From Eledone cirrhosa (taxonomy: Eukaryota): a stretch of 64,000 nt of DNA. The notes under the pieces are model-generated. The model was given only the letters and a program-made list of their open reading frames with translations, did no database searches and was not told where the DNA came from. Position numbers and translations under genes: made by a program. How positions within the stretch are numbered: the first letter of the stretch is position 1; each line of letters opens with the position of its first letter. Location of the stretch: the NCBI GenBank assembly GCA_964016885.1, contig OZ024740.1, positions 144,460,001-144,524,000 of the forward strand. Reading direction: 5' to 3'. Positions 24,413 through 38,386 of this stretch are shown here, piece after piece.

Positions 24413-26532
24413 CTAAATGAGGAGAATAATTGGGAGAAAGGCAGTCTCCCCCATATCGACCCAATAGAGGGACCAGCAGTGTTAGTCGAGGGGAGTATAA
24501 TAAGTAAGGCAATCAAGGATATGAAGACTGGTAAGGCGGCTGGGCCTTCGGAAATAGTTGCTGAGATGCTGAAGGCATCTGGCACGGTGGGACACACCAT
24601 GGTCACCCGCATAGTTAACCAAGTCGTACAAAACGGGGTTGTTCCGAAGGACTGGCATAGCAGCATCATCGTTAACTGTTATAAGGGTAAAGGAGACGCC
24701 CTAGATAGGAGTAACTATAGAGGCATTAAATTAATCGACCAGGTCATGAAGGTCACGGAAAGAGTAATAGCGCAGCTAATCAGAGAGAGAATTGACCTAG
24801 ATGAAATGCAGTTCGGGTTTGTGTCAGGCAAAAGTACCACAGACGCTCTTTTCATAGTACGACAACTACAAGAGAAGTACCTAGCTAAAGGTAAACCCCT
24901 CTACTTAGCTTTTGTCGACTTGGAGAAAGCCTTCGACAGAGTCCCCCGCTCCATTATCTGGTGGGCTCTTAGAAAACTAGGCGTTGACGAATGGCTTGTG
25001 AGGGCTATACAAGCCATGTATAAAGAAACAGTCAGCAAGGTTAGAATTAACAACGAATATAGTGAAGAGTTTAGCGTAAAAGTCGGCGTCCATCAGGGCT
25101 CTGTTCTCAGTCCACTACTATTTATTATTGCCCTTCAGGCCATAACAGAGGAGTTCAAGACAGGCTGCCCATGGGAACTCCTATACGCAGACGACCTGAC
25201 ACTCATAGCGGAATCAATGGCCGAGCTAGAGAAGAAATTCCAAACATGGAAGCACGGCCTAGAGTCAAAAGGACTTAAAATTAACCTGGCTAAGACCAAA
25301 GTACTAGTTTGTAGGAAAGAAAACAAGGCGGCGGTCCCTTCTGGGAAATGGTCGTGCTCGGTGTGTAGGAAAGGCGTAGGTAGAAACTCCATTTTATGTC
25401 CTAAATGCAAAGTATGGGTGCATAAAAGATGTAGTGGGATCACAGGTAGGCTAACTAAGAACATAGATTTTACATGTGGCCGGTGCTCTGGTGCAATAAG
25501 TAGCAGCAAGTGCCCACAAACTACTAGCTCTTTCAATTGCGCAGAGGGTTCTATAGAAATAGTGGACAGCTTCCGTTACCTGGGCGATAAAATCAGCAGT
25601 GGGGGAGGGTGCTCTGAAAGTACTGTAGCTAGAGTCAGAACTGGTTGGAAAAAGTTCAGAGAGCTTATACCACTATTAGCTGCTAAAGGGTTCTCACTAA
25701 AAATGAAAGGCAGGTTGTACGATGCCTGCATACGAACAGCAATGCTGCATGGCAGTGAGACCTGGGCATTGTGTGCAGAGGATATACGCAGACTAGAGAG
25801 GAACGAAGCTTGCATGCTCCGCTGGATGTGTAACAGTAATATACGTGAACGGCAAAGCATAAACGAACTAAGGAATAAATTAGAGATAAGAGGGATCAGA
25901 TGTTGTTTACTCGAGAGAAGGCTACGTTGGTATGGACACGTGATGCGCATGAAAGTCGATAGCTGTATAACAAAGTGCAGGGCAATAAAGATAGACGGTA
26001 GTCACGGAATAGGCAGACCTAGAAAAACCTGGGACGAGCTGATAAACTCCGACATCACACACTTACACCTCTCCAAGACAATGTCACTGGACCGAGACCT
26101 TTGGCGGTACTCAGTAACAGAGAAGACCCGCCTTACCTAAATATATAGTAAAACCTACTCCAGCCAGTAGGCATCTCTAACAAATACACCCCGTCCCACC
26201 ACCCCCACCCGATCCACACCACCCCGTTCTATGTAAAGTTATGTTGGTGCCGCGCCATCGAGGCCGAAACAAATGAGATCGTGTAGGTGTCACGACAAAA
26301 AAACACACAGTCCACGCTGTAATGTGGCCGTGTAGGCAACACGGTAAAAACCTCCCAGACCCACACTGTAAATGTGGTTGGTGTTAGGAAGGGCATCCAA
26401 CTGTAGAAAACCTGCCAGACAGTCCTATGCGAGCAAGACAATCACTCTTGCCTCAAGTGGGACTACCCCCGTCCAAACCCATGCAAGCGTGGAACACGGA
26501 CGTTAAACGCTGATGATGATGATGATGATGAT
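24413..26532 (+). mobile_element. RTE LINE young copy C, 5'-truncated, reading frame intact
   Basis: Complete RT domain, 3' UTR and (GAT)n tail; (TA)n on both flanks. Confidence 0.95.
24479..26140 (+). CDS. RTE reverse transcriptase (no endonuclease, truncated) with internal PHD-type finger (25355-25486)
   Basis: 553 aa open frame: [38 protein letters not shown]. Confidence 0.88.
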   Translation: MLVEGSIISKAIKDMKTGKAAGPSEIVAEMLKASGTVGHTMVTRIVNQVVQNGVVPKDWHSSIIVNCYKGKGDALDRSNYRGIKLIDQVMKVTERVIAQLIRERIDLDEMQFGFVSGKSTTDALFIVRQLQEKYLAKGKPLYLAFVDLEKAFDRVPRSIIWWALRKLGVDEWLVRAIQAMYKETVSKVRINNEYSEEFSVKVGVHQGSVLSPLLFIIALQAITEEFKTGCPWELLYADDLTLIAESMAELEKKFQTWKHGLESKGLKINLAKTKVLVCRKENKAAVPSGKWSCSVCRKGVGRNSILCPKCKVWVHKRCSGITGRLTKNIDFTCGRCSGAISSSKCPQTTSSFNCAEGSIEIVDSFRYLGDKISSGGGCSESTVARVRTGWKKFRELIPLLAAKGFSLKMKGRLYDACIRTAMLHGSETWALCAEDIRRLERNEACMLRWMCNSNIRERQSINELRNKLEIRGIRCCLLERRLRWYGHVMRMKVDSCITKCRAIKIDGSHGIGRPRKTWDELINSDITHLHLSKTMSLDRDLWRYSVTEKTRLT

Positions 26533-26546
26533 ATATACATATATAC

Positions 26547-26598
<52 letters not shown>

Positions 26599-27269
26599 TA
26601 TAAATATATACATATATACATATATACTATATACATATATATATATATATATATATAACACAGAATGAAGCCAAGGTTGTTAAATCAAATCTCTCTTTAA
26701 TCTCAACAATTGTTTCTATGCAGATAAGAGTGGTGTCAATACATATAAACAATGAACCACATATATAAAAGTGTGTATGTATATATATATACACATACTC
26801 AACAGCATACCATTAACAGAAATGCCTTACAGTATTCCCTTTACATGACATGTTCAAATCATGCCAGGATATATTTTTGCCTTTAATCTCGGCTTCATAA
26901 AATAAGTTGCAGGTAGTACTGTGGTTGATTCAATTGGCTCTAACCCTTTCCTATGAATTTATGGCATTGTGGGAACAATGTAAGGAAATATATTGTTAAT
27001 GTGTCATATAGAATGCCATAGAACATGGATGCTTCCAGCAAGCTGAGTGCAACATATCTTGATATTCAGTAGAAGCTATCTTACTTCTCTCTTGTCACTA
27101 ATGCTGTTGGAAAGACATGAAATCCACACAATCTCACTTCCTTTCTCCTATGAATCTGGTACTTCAAAACCATTACGATAGAAGTAAATGTTGGTTCAGT
27201 TGACAAGAATAGTAGAGCAGCAGGTTAGATGGTATGTATGTATGTATGTATGTATGTATATATATGTAT

Positions 27270-27830
27270 ATATTGAGTGCTATTGGTACAACCTGTCGCA
27301 TAGTCGGGTCATTGGTGACTAAACCGGCAACACCACCAAGTTTACTTGGTGAGGAGGGTGATTTTGGACACCCTGCAGGACAAAAAGCAAAACCTGACAA
27401 AGGGCATAAGAACTCATAAGAGTCAACGGCCATCCAAAAATGTGTAAATATGTATATACACATGTACATATGTATGTATATGCGTGGGGACATAGAAATA
27501 GTCAGGCTGGATACCTGATCACGCAGTTAAACCACTGGGAGTGAAGGACCCCTAGCCTTTGTCAGAGCATTCTTCTAGGAGAAAGCAACTCAGGAAACTG
27601 GGATAACTCCGACATAAAACCTGCGGCTCAGTAGTTACCGATGATGTTGATCTTTTCTTCTTTTCGGGTTATAGCTACTGTTGCTCAGAGAGTGGGATTG
27701 GCTCAGTGCACAGTCTTTCCTCACTTTAAAAAAAATCTTCATGCACAGGCATTGCACAAAAGAATGAATTAATAATTATTAATAATGGTATACCGTGAAA
27801 TGGCCATACTCGATAACGAGGGGGCAGCCA
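27270..27830 (+). mobile_element. Unclassified interspersed repeat
   Basis: GTACAACCTG..GGTGAGGAG..ACCTGA..GAACTC..AGAGTCAA..GCCATCCA is shared with 60340-60510. Confidence 0.5.
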
Positions 27831-28344
27831 TCATGTATGTATGCATCCATCATTCCTGGAGGGGTCATCTGTTATGTTTTGGACACTTTAAACCTGATGG
27901 AGCCTATCTCCTCCCCATGTCTGATTTCTTCTAGGGAAGGGGCGTAAGAAGAGATATAGAGAAAGAATTGACCCCAGTACTAGACTGGTACTTTTCTATA
28001 GATCTTGAGTTGAACTTGGTGGGACTTGAGCTCAGAGAGCTGGAATGAATAATGTAAAATATTTTATCTGATGTTCTAACAGTTCTGCCAATTTGCCACC
28101 TAGATGCTATATAGCCTCAAAGTAATTTTCTGTTCAGGAGAGTTGACTTTTTATTTCTGTGGGGTACAGGTCAATAAAGAAAGTACTAAAAATAAATTTG
28201 GTAGATCCACCCCAACTTAACAAATGGCTTGACAAAAAAAAAAAAAAAAAAAAATCAAAATAATATTGCTATGTAGCTTTTAATATGACAATGAAATATG
28301 ATATTGGTGAAAATGTAATGACAATGATACTGTCAGCAAGGATG

Positions 28345-28571
28345 ATAACCCTTTAGCATTCACATTACTCTATATTTAGTATTGTATTTTCACAGAAAAG
28401 ACTTTATCTCACATAATTATCTCACAAAATATCAAATCTATGAGATTTTGATATCTATTTGGAGAACAATACATTAATTGTTGATATGAGTGGCCAGCTA
28501 TAACCAGTTTGAACAGAAAGAGGTGAAAGAGTTCTGGCTGGATTTGGCCAGTTTAAATACTAAAGGGTTAA
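28345..28571 (+). mobile_element. TTAA-type (piggyBac-like) MITE
   Basis: TIRs (A)TAA-CCCTTTAGCATT / AATACTAAAGGG-TTAA; four copies in the window. Confidence 0.82.
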
Positions 28572-28784
28572 TGTCAAAAAACAGATAAAGATAATGCTAA
28601 TATAGCTCCAAAGCATGACTGATATTGATGATAACTAAGATGGTAAATTGAATGATTGTTAATTGGCAACAATGAATTTCTGTAGTGACTGATATATTGC
28701 TGATACTGCGGTGACAGTACCAACTCTTAGAACCACAACCATCCAATACATAATGCTGACAGTGATGAGATAGAGCACCATATT

Positions 28785-29110
28785 AATAATGATAATGATA
28801 ATGAAAACAATAGTGATCATGATGATGATGAAGACAATAATGATGTCAATAACAAGGATAATGAGAGCAACAATATTGATGATGATAATGATAATGATGA
28901 TGTTGAAAACAAGGAATATGATTGCAACAGTAATATTGATGATGATGACGACAATGATGATGATGACAATAATGATGTGATGATGAGGATGACGACAAGG
29001 ACAATAACAATGCCGATAATGTCAATGACAATGATTATGATAATGATGATGACAACAGTAATGATAGTGATGATGATGATGACAACAATGATGATGATGA
29101 TGAGGAGGAT
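28785..29110. repeat. Degenerate (GAT/AAT/GAC)n trinucleotide tract
   Basis: Seen directly; the register shifts near 28977. Confidence 0.9.
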
Positions 29111-30974
29111 TTTAGTTGGATACAAATAAAGAATGCAGTCCATCTTAAAGAAGACAATCATTTTAAAACTTGTTAACTAAAAAATTCAATTGCTCTTAGA
29201 TTTATTGCAATAGTTGGTGAGAAATCTCAACTGAGCAATGGTCAAATTAGTCTTTTTTAAGTCGGCATCAACCCACGTTTTCTTATTTTTGCTGGTTGAG
29301 TTAACAGTAACAGGAACTGTTAGTGTAGACTAAATTTCAAGTATAATATAATTTTGGAGATTAGATTTTAAATTGAAAATATAATACCCCTTTAATTTCT
29401 TTATGAATATCTACAAGTTGAATATTTGAACCCTAGCAAATTTTTTAAATATTTTGAAAATATTTTAGAAATTCAGTTTTGAGCTCCAATCAAGCAAAAG
29501 TTGAATTTGTCTTTTACCCTCCTTGGGTTAATGACTACTAGTAATAAACTGAATTGGATCTATTACCTACACCCCTCCCCTTCAAAACTAGACTTACGCT
29601 TATTCAAATGAAACAAGCATAAAGTAACATTAGCTTATGCTTAGTTTAGAAAAATTTATCTGAAATCTAACAAGTTCAAATATTAGCTATTCCTACAAAT
29701 TATTAATTTTTTATAAAATTCCACTGGGTTCTTCTTTAAATTAACAAAGAGTTTTTTTTGTTATTTTTTAATCTGGTAAATAATATTTACTCTGTATCAT
29801 TCATATCTTTCTGGTTTAACAATAAACTATACTTTGACTGCTGAATCTTTCAATTCTCTTTATATGATGCAAAATACACTTGCATTATTTATTTCATTTG
29901 TAAGTTCAGACAACTGAGTTAACTTGAACGAAAAAAAGTTATGATTTTCACTTTGTAGTAAATTCTATAATGCATGGTTTTGATCCGAAAAAAAAAATAT
30001 GGCTCTTTGAAAACCCAAGAGTTTCAAAATATAGATAAGTTCTGAAATTATCTCAAGATAGATGACCATATCTGAGACAAAATACAATGTTTTAAACTTC
30101 TTTGTTTTTCTTGTTTCTATCTTCCCTGTCCTACTCAGTTTCTAGAGACAACTATAGTAGGTTGAATAGCTGTGCAGTTTGAAATGACATTCAGAAAATA
30201 ATATTGCACACCATAATTTTCACCTCATAAGATGCTACAAGCAGATAGACATGCCATGCCTTATAACAATATAATATATATATATATACATACATATATC
30301 ATATATTTATACTTGTGTTATAGGATGTTTCCTAATTGGTAGCTGGGGCTGTAATTGTGACACTCCAATCAGCAAAATCATAGTATTATAAGGAAAAAGC
30401 ACTCAACATCATATGTATTCTATCAATTTTTATATGGTATCACATGTGTAGCACAGTATGGAGTTAAATACATCGATAATGCAATATGAAGTCTAGATTT
30501 CATAACTTCTTAAATGACGCACTAGCCATAATATGTATTTCTGTGGTGAAATGGTTACATCCTGATACCATGAGGCTGACTTCAAATGACACATTAGATA
30601 ATCCCTTTGTATGGATTACATAATGTGCCATCTGAAGATAGCATGTCATGGTATCACGATGTAACCATTTCACTAGAGAAATATGTATTATGGTTACATA
30701 TATATATATATCTGTATGTGGTTGATGGCTGAGAGAAAGGAGAACTAAATACCGAAGAGTATTTGTTTGATGACCCTGTAATAAACAGGTGAAATTCCAG
30801 AGTAACAAGACTTACTATTCAGCCTCAATAAAATGAATATATATATAAATATATTTGTATATATATATATATGTACAAAGAAAGTGTGGTAAGAAACCAG
30901 ATGGACCATTACGCACCAGAGTACTCAATACTTAGGGTAGTAGAGTGGGTAATAGGAAATGAGTATTTTCCTAT

Positions 30975-31008
<34 letters not shown>

Positions 31009-31104
31009 ATCATCGTCATTTCATCATTTTACATCCGCTCTTCCCTGCTTGCAAGGGTGGGATATATATATATATATGTATATGTGTGTGTGTGTGTGTA
31101 TATA

Positions 31105-33212
31105 TGAGGCAGTGTGTTAGAGAAAATTGCGATGTCATTGGTGAGAAGTGTGTCCGGGATGATAAAGGTGTACTTGCCCTCACAGATGCTGAGAAGAAAG
31201 ATGCATGGAAGAGCCATTATGAAAGATTACTGAACGAAGAGAATGCATGGGAGAAAGAGACCCTACCCCCAGCAGACCCCATTGATGGCCCAGCAGTACA
31301 AGTCAGCAGAAGTGTAGTTAGTAAGGCAATTAAGGATATGAAAGCTGGAAAACAGCCAGTCCATCAGGAATAGTTGCTGAGATGCTGAAAGCATCTAAGC
31401 CACACTATAACAACACGTATTGTAAACCAAGTAATACTAGATGGCATCATACCAAATGATTGGCACAGCAGCATCATTGTCAATTACTACAAGAGTAAAG
31501 GAGATGCACTAGATAGAGGTAACTATAGAGGTATAAAACTGATGGACCAGGTTGTGAAAGTAACAGAAAGAGTCACAGCACAGTTGATTAGGGACAGGGT
31601 AAATCTAGATGAGATGCAGTTTGGATTTGTGCCAGGCAAAAACGCCACTGATGCCCTCTTCCTTGTGAGACAGTTACAGGAAAAATACCTAGCTAAAAGT
31701 AAACCTCTAGGGATGGCATTGGTTGATCGACAGAGTGCCCATGACATAATGTGGTGGGCTCTTAGAAAACTAAGAATAGATGAGTGGCTTGTGAAGGCTG
31801 TACAAGCCATGTATAGAGGAGCAGTCAGGAAAGTCATGATTATCGTTTTGCAGGCTATAACAGAGAGTTTAAGACCAGCTACCCATGGTAACTTTTGTAC
31901 GTTGATGACCTTATGTTCATAGCTGAATCTATGGTGGAATTAGAGAAGAAATTCCAAACATGGAAGCAGGGCCTAGAAAGAAGGGGTCTTAAAATCAATC
32001 TGACAAAGACTAAGGTCCTAGTAAGTAGAAGAGAAAACAGAACCCAGATCCCCTCGGGGAAATGACCTTATTCAGTATGTAGGAAAGGCGTAGGAAGAAA
32101 CTCCATCCTCTGCCCCATATGCAAACTATGGGTACACAAGAGATGTAGTAGGATCGCAGGAAGTTTAGTTAAGAATGTAGGCTTTACATGTAGCAGTTGC
32201 CCTAGAACAGTAAGCAGCAAATGACTACAGGAAACAAGTGCTACCAAATTCTGGAAGGGCTCTGTAGAAACAGTAGACAGCTTCTGCTACTTAGGTGACC
32301 GAATTAGCAGTGGTGGTCAGTGTTCTGAAAGTACAGTAGCCAGAGTAAGAACGGGATGTAGGAAGTTCAGAGATTACTACCTCTGCTGGCTACAAAAGGC
32401 TTCTCCCTCAGAATGAAAGGCAGACTGTTTTGATGCGTGCATACGAACACCAATGTTGCATGGTAGTGAGACCTGGGTGCTGTGTGCAGAAGATTTGTGT
32501 AGATTGGAAAGAAATGAAGCTTGCATGCTCCGATGGATGTGTAATAGTAATATATGAGAACAGCGAAGCATAAATGAACTGAAAGAGAAACTACGCATAA
32601 GAGAAATCAAATGCTGTGTGCAGGAGAGGAGATTACATTGGTAGGGACATGTGATGCATATGAAGGATGACAGCTGCATAAAAAGGTGTAGAGCGCTCAA
32701 AGTCGATGGAAGCCTTGGAATGGGGAAACCCAGGAAGACTTGAGATGAGGTGATAAAAGCCGACCTTGCCCAATTGTACCTCTCAAAGGCGATGACACAT
32801 GACCGAGATCTCTGACAATACACAGTAATACAGAAGACCTGACTTCGCATGGGCACAAGCCAAAGCATATATACCGTATGCCCCAACCCACCTTCCCATA
32901 TACCTCCATGAGGACAGGCCAAAGTTAATGCATCCAGTGAAGCTCCCAGCCCACGTTGTAAAGTGGTCGTGATGGTAACACGTCAAAAAGTGCCCAGCCC
33001 ACACTGTAAAGTATGATGTAGGTGTCATGACAAAAAGCACCCAGTACTCACTGTAAATGAGGTTGGCATTAGGAAGAGCATCCAGCTGTAGAAACCAAAC
33101 CAGAATCAGTCCAGTATGAGCAAGGCTTGGTCACCTGACCTATGATTGGCCACAACAGGACAACCCGTCTAACCCAGGCTAGCGTGGAAAATGGACGTAA
33201 GACGGAAGTGAT
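31105..33212 (+). mobile_element. Older RTE subfamily copy, multiply disrupted
   Basis: Collinear with copies A-C, including the decayed PHD region; many stops and deletions; 3' UTR like 3612-4041. Confidence 0.92.
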
Positions 33213-33245
33213 ATGTGTATATATACACACAAATATAAATATACG

Positions 33246-33294
<49 letters not shown>

Positions 33295-33677
33295 ATCCCT
33301 TATTCTTGGCTACATCGCTCGCTCTTTTGTGAAATGTAATGTATTCATCCTATTTTTTTCTCATCTCTCCATGTTCCCCGGTCCATTCATCTGTCTGTAT
33401 TATATCTTTTCTTTTCCCCGGTCCATTCATCTATCTGCATTATATCTTTTCTTTTCAATGCTATTTGAGTGTTCAAAACAATCTTCTTGTATTCTTAAAA
33501 TCCCATAATTCTGTCAGACCCCTGAAAACAATCTTCTTCTCGCTAACTCCCCCAGACCCCTCCCGCTCCCACTCGCCACCATTATTATTTGGACCAATCA
33601 TAATTCAGCAGCCTATAATATCACTTCTTAAGTTTAAACCTGGTTGCTTTTCGATATGGTAGATGGACTAGGGAATT

Positions 33678-36600
33678 ATGGACAGTCTGAAAAATGTGGA
33701 CACTGAATGACAATGCCAAAGATAAAGACAAATTCACCTCATGTTGCTGGACGAGAATGCAAGGACTCCTCCTCTTTATTTTGGCCACGGATGGCTAATA
33801 TAACCCCATCTCCCTCACCACTCCCTGCGTCTCATCCTTCCCACCCACCAAACGCAATCCAAAACTTCAGAGTTGGTACCATGAATGTAGGCACCTTAAA
33901 AGGTCACTCTAACGAGGATGTAGAGATGCTTGAACGTAAGGAAGTTGATGTTTGCTGTATTCAAGAGACCAGGTGGAGGGGTGGGTCTGCTAGATCCATT
34001 GTGGGTAAAAAAACGATGCTAAAAACTTTTCTGGGTGGGTAATGACAATGGGCTGGGTGGGGTAGGAATCATGTTAGCAGAAAAATGGGTAGATAAGATA
34101 ATAGACGTAAATAGAGTGAATGACAGAATAATTAAAATAAGACTTGTCCTAAATAGAACTACTGTGACAATAATATCCACGTATGCACCCCAACCCGGAC
34201 TGCCTGGCGTTATAAAAGACAGATTCTATGAGTCGTTAATGCTCACTACCTCCCAAATAACTGACAGTGACTACATAATTATTGCTGGCGACCTAAATGG
34301 TCACGTTGGACAACATTGTGATGGCTATGACGGAATCCATGGAGGCTATGGGTTTGGTACTAGAAATGAGGAAGGCGCCAGAATCCTGGAATTCTGTGAT
34401 GCAAATAACCTAACTATCTGTAACACTAACTTCAAAAAACGAGACAATCACTTGATCACCTATAGATCCGGGGAACACACCAGTCAGATAGATTATATCC
34501 TTACCAGAAGATGTGACAGAGTGTCTGTTGTAAACACTAAATCCCTCCCCCATGAAGAATGCACCTCCCAGCATAGCTTCATAGTTAGCGACCTCATAGT
34601 CAGGACGAGATGTACTCGACAACAGAGGACTACCCTAGTTAAAGTACCCCACAGCCAGTAATAAATTTAAAAACATATTACTTGGTGCTTTTGACAGTAA
34701 GGAAGAGCAATTAGAGTTGTACAATATAGAGGAACAGTGGGAATTCCTGAAAGCTAACCAGCTGAAGGCAACAGATGAAATCTGTGGCTGGAGCAGACCT
34801 ATATGCAGGAGGAGAGTAACTTGGTAGTGGAACAGTAAGGTGGAGGAGTCAATCAAGACCAAAAAGCAGGCTTGGAAAGTATGGCGAAAGGGGGGGGGGG
34901 GTAGTAGAGAAGACTATCAAGTGGCCAGGAGGGAAGCTAGGAGACAAGTGTACTTCGCAAGAAGGGAAGCAGAGGAAAGAAAGTTCAAGCATGTTCTACA
35001 ATGAGAGGACCAAAAACATGAAGTGTTCAGGATTGCTAGGCAATATGTCAAGGAAAACCATGATATTGTCGGGGACAAGTGTGTCCATAATGATGATGGT
35101 GTACTTGCCCTCTCTGATACTGATAAGAAGGTAGCTTGGAAGTGTTACTACAAGAGGCTACTAAATGAGGAGAATAAATGGGACAAAGACAGTCTGCTCC
35201 ACATCGATCCAATAGAGGGACCAGCAGTTCAAGTCGAAGGTAGTATAATAAGTAAGGCAATCAAAGATATGAAGACAGACAAGGCGGCTGGGCTTTCGGA
35301 AATAGTTGCTGAAATGCTGAAAGCATCTGGAACGGTCGGACACACTATGGTCACCCGGATAGTAAACCAAGTCATACAGAATGGGGTCATACCAAAGGAC
35401 TGGCGTAGCAGCATCATCATTAACTGCTACAAGGGTAAAGGAGATGCCCTAGATAGGGGAAACTATAGAGGCATTAAATTAATAGACCAGGTCATGAAGG
35501 TCACAGAAAATGTTATAGCGCAACTAATCAGAGAGCGAATTGATCTAGATGAAATGCAGTTCGGGTTTGTGTCAGGTAAAAGTACCACAGACGCTCTTTT
35601 CCTTGTGCAACAACTACAGGAGAAGTACCTAGCTAAAAGTAAACCCCTATACTTAGCTTTTGTTGACTTGGAAAAAGCCTTTGACAGAGTCCCCCGCTCC
35701 ATTATCTGGTGGGCTCTCAGAAAACTAGGTGTCGATGAATGGCTTGTGAGAGCTATACAAGCCATGTATAAAGAAACAGTCAGCAAGGTTAGAATTAACA
35801 ACGAATATAGTGAAGAGTTTAGCATAAAAGTTGGTGTTCATCAGGGCTCTGTCTTTAGCTCCCTCCTATTTATTATTGCCCTTCAGGCTATAACAGAGGA
35901 GCTGAAGACTGGCTGCCCGTGGGAACATCTATACGCAGATGACCTAACGCTCATAGCTGAATCGATGGCTGAACTAGAGAAGAAATTCCAAACATGGAAG
36001 CATGGCCTAGAATCAAAAGGCCTTAAAATTAACTTGTCTAAGACTAAAGTGCTAATATGTAGGAAGGAAAATAGGGCAATGGTCCCCTCTGGGAAATGGC
36101 CATGCTCAGTGTGTAGGAAAGGAGTAGGCAGAAACTTCATTTTATGTCCCAAATGCAAAGTATGAGTGCATAAAAGATGTAGTGGGATCACAGGTAAGCT
36201 AACTAAGAACATAGATTTTATATGTGGTGTGTTCTCAGGTGCAATAAGTAGTAGCAAGTGCCCACAGGATACTAGGTCCTTCCATTGCCCAGATGGTTCT
36301 ATAGAAATAGTGGACACCTTCCATTACCTGGGTGACAAAATCAGCAAAGTTGGAGGGTGCTCTGAAAGTACAGTAGCTCGAGTCAGAACGGGGTGGAAAA
36401 AGTTCAGAGAGCTTATACCACTATTGGCCGCGAAAGGGTTCTCTCTAAAAATGAAAGGCAGACTGTATGATGCCTGCATATGAACAGCAATGTTACATGG
36501 CAGTGAGACATGGGCATTGTGTGCAGAGGATATACGCAGACTGGAGAGGAACGAAGCTTGCATGCTCTGCTGGATGTGTAATAGTAATATACGTGAACGG

Positions 36601-37282
36601 CAAAGCATAAACGAACTAAGGGAGAAATTAGGAATAAGAGGGATCAGATGCTGTTTACTCGAGAGAAGACTACATTGGTACGGTCACGTGATATGCATGA
36701 AAGACGACAGCTGTATAAAAAAGTGAAGGGCGATAAAAAATAGACGGTAGCCACGGAGTAGGCAGACCCAGAAAAACCTGGGACGACTTGCTAAATTCCG
36801 ACCTTACACACTTACACCTCTCCAAGACAATGTCACTGGACCGAGATCTTTGGCATAACGCAGTAATACAGAAGACCCGCCTTGCCTAAGTACAAAGCGA
36901 AACCTACAGGCAGTAGGCACCTCTTAACCAAAATACACCCCCATCCCACTACCCCTACCCCACCCCCATCTACACCACCCCTTTCGCTGTAAAGTTATGT
37001 TGGTACCATAACATCCAGTCCTAAATAAATGAGGTCGTGTAGGTGTCACGACAAAAAAAACACACAGTCCACGCTGTAATGTGGCCATGTAGGTAACACG
37101 GTAAAAACCTCCCAGTCCACACTGTAAACGTGGTTGGTGTTAGGAAGGGCATCCAGCTGTAGAAAACCTGCCAGACAGTCCTACACGAGCAAGACAACCA
37201 ATCTTGCCTCAAGTGGGACAATTCCCGTCTAAACCCATGCTAGCGTGGAAGATAGACGTTAAACGATGATGATGATGATGAT
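33678..37282 (+). mobile_element. Near-full-length RTE LINE (APE endonuclease + RT + PHD), inactivated
   Basis: APE motifs TMNVGTL, IQETRW, AGDLNGHVG, QIDYIL, SQH, then RT; several stops and frameshifts; (GAT)n tail into (TA)n. Confidence 0.95.
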
Positions 37283-37332
37283 ATATATATATATATATAT
37301 ATATATATCATATGTGTATATATGTGTATGTA

Positions 37333-37580
37333 TGTTATGTTGGTACCACAAAACTTCCAGCCCACACTGTAAAGTGGTCGTGTAAAAGACACAGCAAAAA
37401 GCAGCCAGCACACACTGTAATTGTGGTTGATGCTAGGAAGGGCATCCAGCCATAGAAAACCAGCAAGGAACAGTCCTATATGAGCGTGACATAGTCACCC
37501 GACCCAACTTGCCTCTAAATGAGACAAATCCATCTAACCAATGTTAGTGTGGAAAATGGACGTTAAATGATGATGATGAT
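37333..37580 (+). mobile_element. RTE 3'-UTR fragment
   Basis: AGGAAGGGCATCCAG module and GGACGTTAAATGATGAT tail; TA flanks. Confidence 0.85.
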
Positions 37581-38334
37581 ATATATATATGAAGCGAAGT
37601 TTTATTTGTTATGGAAGAAATGACAAACACTACAAATACCAACAATTCTGGTTGAATATATATCTTTACTTCACTTCAGCAAAAAGGAAAAAAAATATGA
37701 TTACTTCAAATTGTAAATGTAAAGTTTGATTATAGTGTTCACAAATGAAAACAGTGTTCAATAAAGCTTCTGTGCGAGGGTTTCTTTGTTTGTTCCCTTG
37801 TGACAAGTTGTAGTCAGGCAGTATGTACCAGTAGAGGTAGTAGTAAAGTCTTATATGGTGAGATTGTGTTATCCTACCACCAGGAGAAGTTAGCTATTGT
37901 CTTCTCTGTGAGGTTTCAGGTCACTTACTTGGTGGTTGTTTCCATAAGGGAAAGCATTTCTTTCACTAGATATATACATATATAGCAATACTTTGTTTAT
38001 GTGATCCTAGATCGTAGTTAGAGATGTACAACTGATGTGGAGTGCTGAAGTCTGATTACACTAGAGTTTATGTATTGTGGTGATGCAAGTGCAACACTGG
38101 CAATTAAAGACTATGTATATATGAAACAAATTGGCAATTTGTTTATGAGTGCCATCTTTTTATTTGATATAATTTTAATGCTAAATAAGTATTAATACAC
38201 TATTTGGTAGTATATTCAGGAAATAATTTACTAGTGATGTGTAAACAGAGCAAACATCAGACTAGTTCTGATATATGCAATCAGATTTAAATAGTTACTA
38301 TATAAAAAATTATGGAAATGAAATGATTGAAGAT

Positions 38335-38386
<52 letters not shown>

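Noticed and set aside
28789-29161. Met/Ile-, Asp/Asn- and Ser/His-rich ORFs
   Set aside because: They arise from a degenerate trinucleotide tract with register shifts.
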